Origin: Neoconidiobolus thromboides FSU 785
Taxonomy: Eukaryota > Fungi > Entomophthoromycota
Assembly (NCBI GenBank): GCA_025603075.1
Contig: MU626267.1
Coordinates: 1 to 64,000, forward strand
DNA: 64,000 nucleotides
Reading direction: 5' to 3'
Under the pieces are notes generated by a model. The model did no database searches, was not told the origin of the DNA, and worked only from the letters and a program-made list of their open reading frames with translations. Below are positions 61,311 to 64,000 of this stretch, piece after piece (the first letter of the stretch is position 1; every line of letters starts with the position of its first letter). The position numbers and the translations under genes are program-made.

Positions 61311-63599
61311 ATGTTACTAAAACCCAAATCAGTTCCACCGATTCGGTTATCAATCATCAATCGCATAATCAAACCAATTAAATATCCATTATTATACATC
61401 AATTCCTCATTCACTACTACTCACATTTCCTCTTCCTACGTCCAACTAACCACCGACTTTTTTAAATCCGTTACCGAGTCTTCAATAGAATATGATAACT
61501 CTCGTTTAAGAAGACAAGCACGTAGTCGTAGTAATAATCAATTAAAGGTTCAACAAGATACCAATGAAGAATGGCAAAATTTACGCTTACAAAAAAGGAT
61601 TAAAAAATTAAAATCAATATTAAAATCTCATCAAATAATTGAATTAGAACAAGTATGGGAAAGTTATTTAGATATTAAAGAAGTTTCAGTTGAAAGTTTA
61701 AAAGGGTTGGAAAGTAAAATATTTGAAAGAATGATTTATTTATATCAATGCTGTGAATTGAAAGAAAATTATTATAATATTAAAATAATTACTGAAGATA
61801 TGATTAAGTTAAATTATAACATCGATAAAAAACAAATTCAAGGTTATTTAAGAGCATGTCTAGAATTAAAAGAATATCATAATATTATTAAATTTACTCA
61901 GTATTTAGTAAGAAAACAGTATACTTTAGATACTTTTATATTGAATCATTTATTCTCTGCTTATGTTCAACTCAATGATATTGAAAGTAGTTTGATGACC
62001 TTAGATCATTTTAAAACAGAAAATGTATTAAAAGATCAATACACATTATCAACAGAAGTCTTATTAAATTTTAAACGAAATGAGCCTCAATTAGCATTGT
62101 CCACTTATACCTCTATTTTCTCAACTAATATCAAAATAGATACATGGACATTAAATATGTTTCTTCAAATATTTTCACAATATAGATATTGGCAGGGTAT
62201 TCAACAAGTATTAATAGATATGAAACAAAAGAATGTGATACCCGATTTACATACATTTAGTATTTTATTAAAATGTTGTATTTTACCATTTAATGATAAT
62301 TGTATTATTTCGTATAAAAAGAAACCATATTTACGTCAACAAATTGAAATTGTTAATAAGATTTATTTTAATCTCAAGGCCTCTTCTTTCCCATTAGATA
62401 AATATATCTATTGTAATTTTATTAAATTTTATGTAACAATTCAAGAATTTTGTTTTGCTGAAAATATATTATTAGATATGAAACAAAAAGGAATTCAACC
62501 TAATGAATTTGAATATTCAATACTAATGGATGGTTATTCTAAAGTAAAACAATGGGATAAATTATGGAAGATATATCAAATAATTAAGCAAGAAAATATA
62601 TCAATTAATCAAATTATTTATTCTTGTATGGTTAAAGCATATACAAAATTAAATGAAAATAGAATCAAAGAAGAGGGCGGAAGAGCTATAATGGAAGACG
62701 ATATATTCAAAAAAGATCAAATCACTTATAATTTATTTTTAAGACAATTGGGCAAATTAGGAAAAGTAAAGGAGGGATTTGAATTATATATAGAAATGAA
62801 AAATGAAAATATTCAACCCAATTTAATGACTTATTATCATTTATTAGATGGATTAAAAAGGAATAATGAAATAGAAGATAATAATATAAAAGAAAAAGAA
62901 AAAGAGAAGAAAAAGATTATCGAAATAATATTTAATGACTTAATTACTTCTAATTTAGTACCTAATCTTTCAATATTTAATCATTTTATTTATTTATTTA
63001 ATCAATATCAACTTATCAATTATATTAATATTACTTACACATTAATGATTGAAAAATATCAATTATTACCTAATCAATATAGTTTGTTACCAATGGCATC
63101 TATTTTATTAAATGGTTGTAATATCAATGAAGTTGTTAATAATATAATATCATCTAAATATCCACAATTAATCTATTCAAGTTCAATATATGCTTTAATA
63201 AAAAATGGAGAATTACAAAAGGGAATTGAATTATTTGAATATATTAAAAAAGGAGGGGTGATAGGAGTAAAAAATGATTTATTAATTTATTATTATTTAT
63301 TATATGCTTGTATTCAATATAAGGAGTTTTATTATTTAATGAAGTTAATGCAACAAATAGACAAAGAAAATATTATTATTACAAAAACAATGTATTTAAA
63401 ATTAAATAATAAATTAAATGCAATCAACTGCGATAAACAAATAATGAGATTATGGAATAGGTTTGAATATAAAGAAAAAGAAGCGGAAGAAGATAAAATG
63501 GAAAAAATGATGGAAATAGATTTTAATAATAATAAGATACAGTCACATTTAATTATTCCATTATTAAAAGATTGCTATCTTAGGATGTTAAATCATTAG
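61311..63599 (+). CDS. Mitochondrial pentatricopeptide-repeat (PPR) protein
   Basis: Basic N-terminal presequence; 35-aa repeats such as PDLHTFSILLKCC, PNEFEYSILMDGY and PNLMTYYHLLDG. Confidence 0.88.
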   Translation: MLLKPKSVPPIRLSIINRIIKPIKYPLLYINSSFTTTHISSSYVQLTTDFFKSVTESSIEYDNSRLRRQARSRSNNQLKVQQDTNEEWQNLRLQKRIKKLKSILKSHQIIELEQVWESYLDIKEVSVESLKGLESKIFERMIYLYQCCELKENYYNIKIITEDMIKLNYNIDKKQIQGYLRACLELKEYHNIIKFTQYLVRKQYTLDTFILNHLFSAYVQLNDIESSLMTLDHFKTENVLKDQYTLSTEVLLNFKRNEPQLALSTYTSIFSTNIKIDTWTLNMFLQIFSQYRYWQGIQQVLIDMKQKNVIPDLHTFSILLKCCILPFNDNCIISYKKKPYLRQQIEIVNKIYFNLKASSFPLDKYIYCNFIKFYVTIQEFCFAENILLDMKQKGIQPNEFEYSILMDGYSKVKQWDKLWKIYQIIKQENISINQIIYSCMVKAYTKLNENRIKEEGGRAIMEDDIFKKDQITYNLFLRQLGKLGKVKEGFELYIEMKNENIQPNLMTYYHLLDGLKRNNEIEDNNIKEKEKEKKKIIEIIFNDLITSNLVPNLSIFNHFIYLFNQYQLINYINITYTLMIEKYQLLPNQYSLLPMASILLNGCNINEVVNNIISSKYPQLIYSSSIYALIKNGELQKGIELFEYIKKGGVIGVKNDLLIYYYLLYACIQYKEFYYLMKLMQQIDKENIIITKTMYLKLNNKLNAINCDKQIMRLWNRFEYKEKEAEEDKMEKMMEIDFNNNKIQSHLIIPLLKDCYLRMLNH

Positions 63600-63694
63600 A
63601 GAGAATGAATTTATTATATTATTTATTTCGTTATTAAAGTTAATTATATAGATTAATTTATTTACTATTATTATTTTACTTTTATTTTTATATT

Positions 63695-64000
63695 TTAATT
63701 TAAAAATCCATTAACATTACTAATTGGTTTTAATTTATTACCAAATTCTCTTTCTAATTTACTACTTAATATTTTTATACCTTTCATAACATATTGAAAC
63801 TAAATAAAAATAAATATTAATAACAAAATAAAATAAAATAAAAGAATAAAAATTAATTACTTGTTGTAAACTAAATTGTGGATTAATAACTAACTGCCAT
63901 AATTCGGGTAATATTAAAGTAGCTATTTGTTCTAAATCTAATGATTTATCCGCTATTGAATAATATAATTCATACATTGCTATCTAATAAAATAATAAAA
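63695..64000 (-). CDS. 3' end of a SCY1/SCYL2-like pseudokinase (truncated by the window edge)
   Basis: IATLILPELWQLVINPQFSLQQ|FQYVMKGIKILSSKLERE resembles the SCY1 post-HEAT segment; intron GT-AG. Confidence 0.6.

Overview
Very AT-rich eukaryotic DNA with short (~50-60 bp) GT-AG introns. The gene content (aquaglyceroporin, GPI-type chitin/polysaccharide deacetylase, Ecl1, Ima1, Pxr1, mitochondrial bL17, PPR) indicates a fungus; an early-diverging lineage such as Entomophthoromycotina is my inference only. The window alternates between two kinds of block. (a) Compact, mostly intron-containing housekeeping blocks at 5.6-10.3, 18.4-22.9, 35.0-41.3 and 59.7-64 kb, in which I found no MITE copy. 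(b) Gene-sparse accessory blocks holding at least 26 copies of a ~99-bp MITE (GGGG...CCCC termini, 4-bp AT-rich TSD), a Sola2-like transposase relic interrupted by that MITE, intronless secreted or glycan-modifying genes, and many local duplicates and pseudogenes. The most unusual observations are a duplicated 31-codon micro-ORF (57507 and 58978) with mostly synonymous differences; the Sola-type transposase/MITE pair; an uncharged Gly/Ser/Asn secreted protein paired with a Cys-rich secreted protein, the pair being duplicated, inverted and decayed 17 kb away; three decayed copies of an unrecognised intron-containing gene; and a ~69-bp degenerate tandem repeat. All family assignments come from motif recognition by eye. 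No database searches were run, and exon boundaries and pseudogene limits are approximate.
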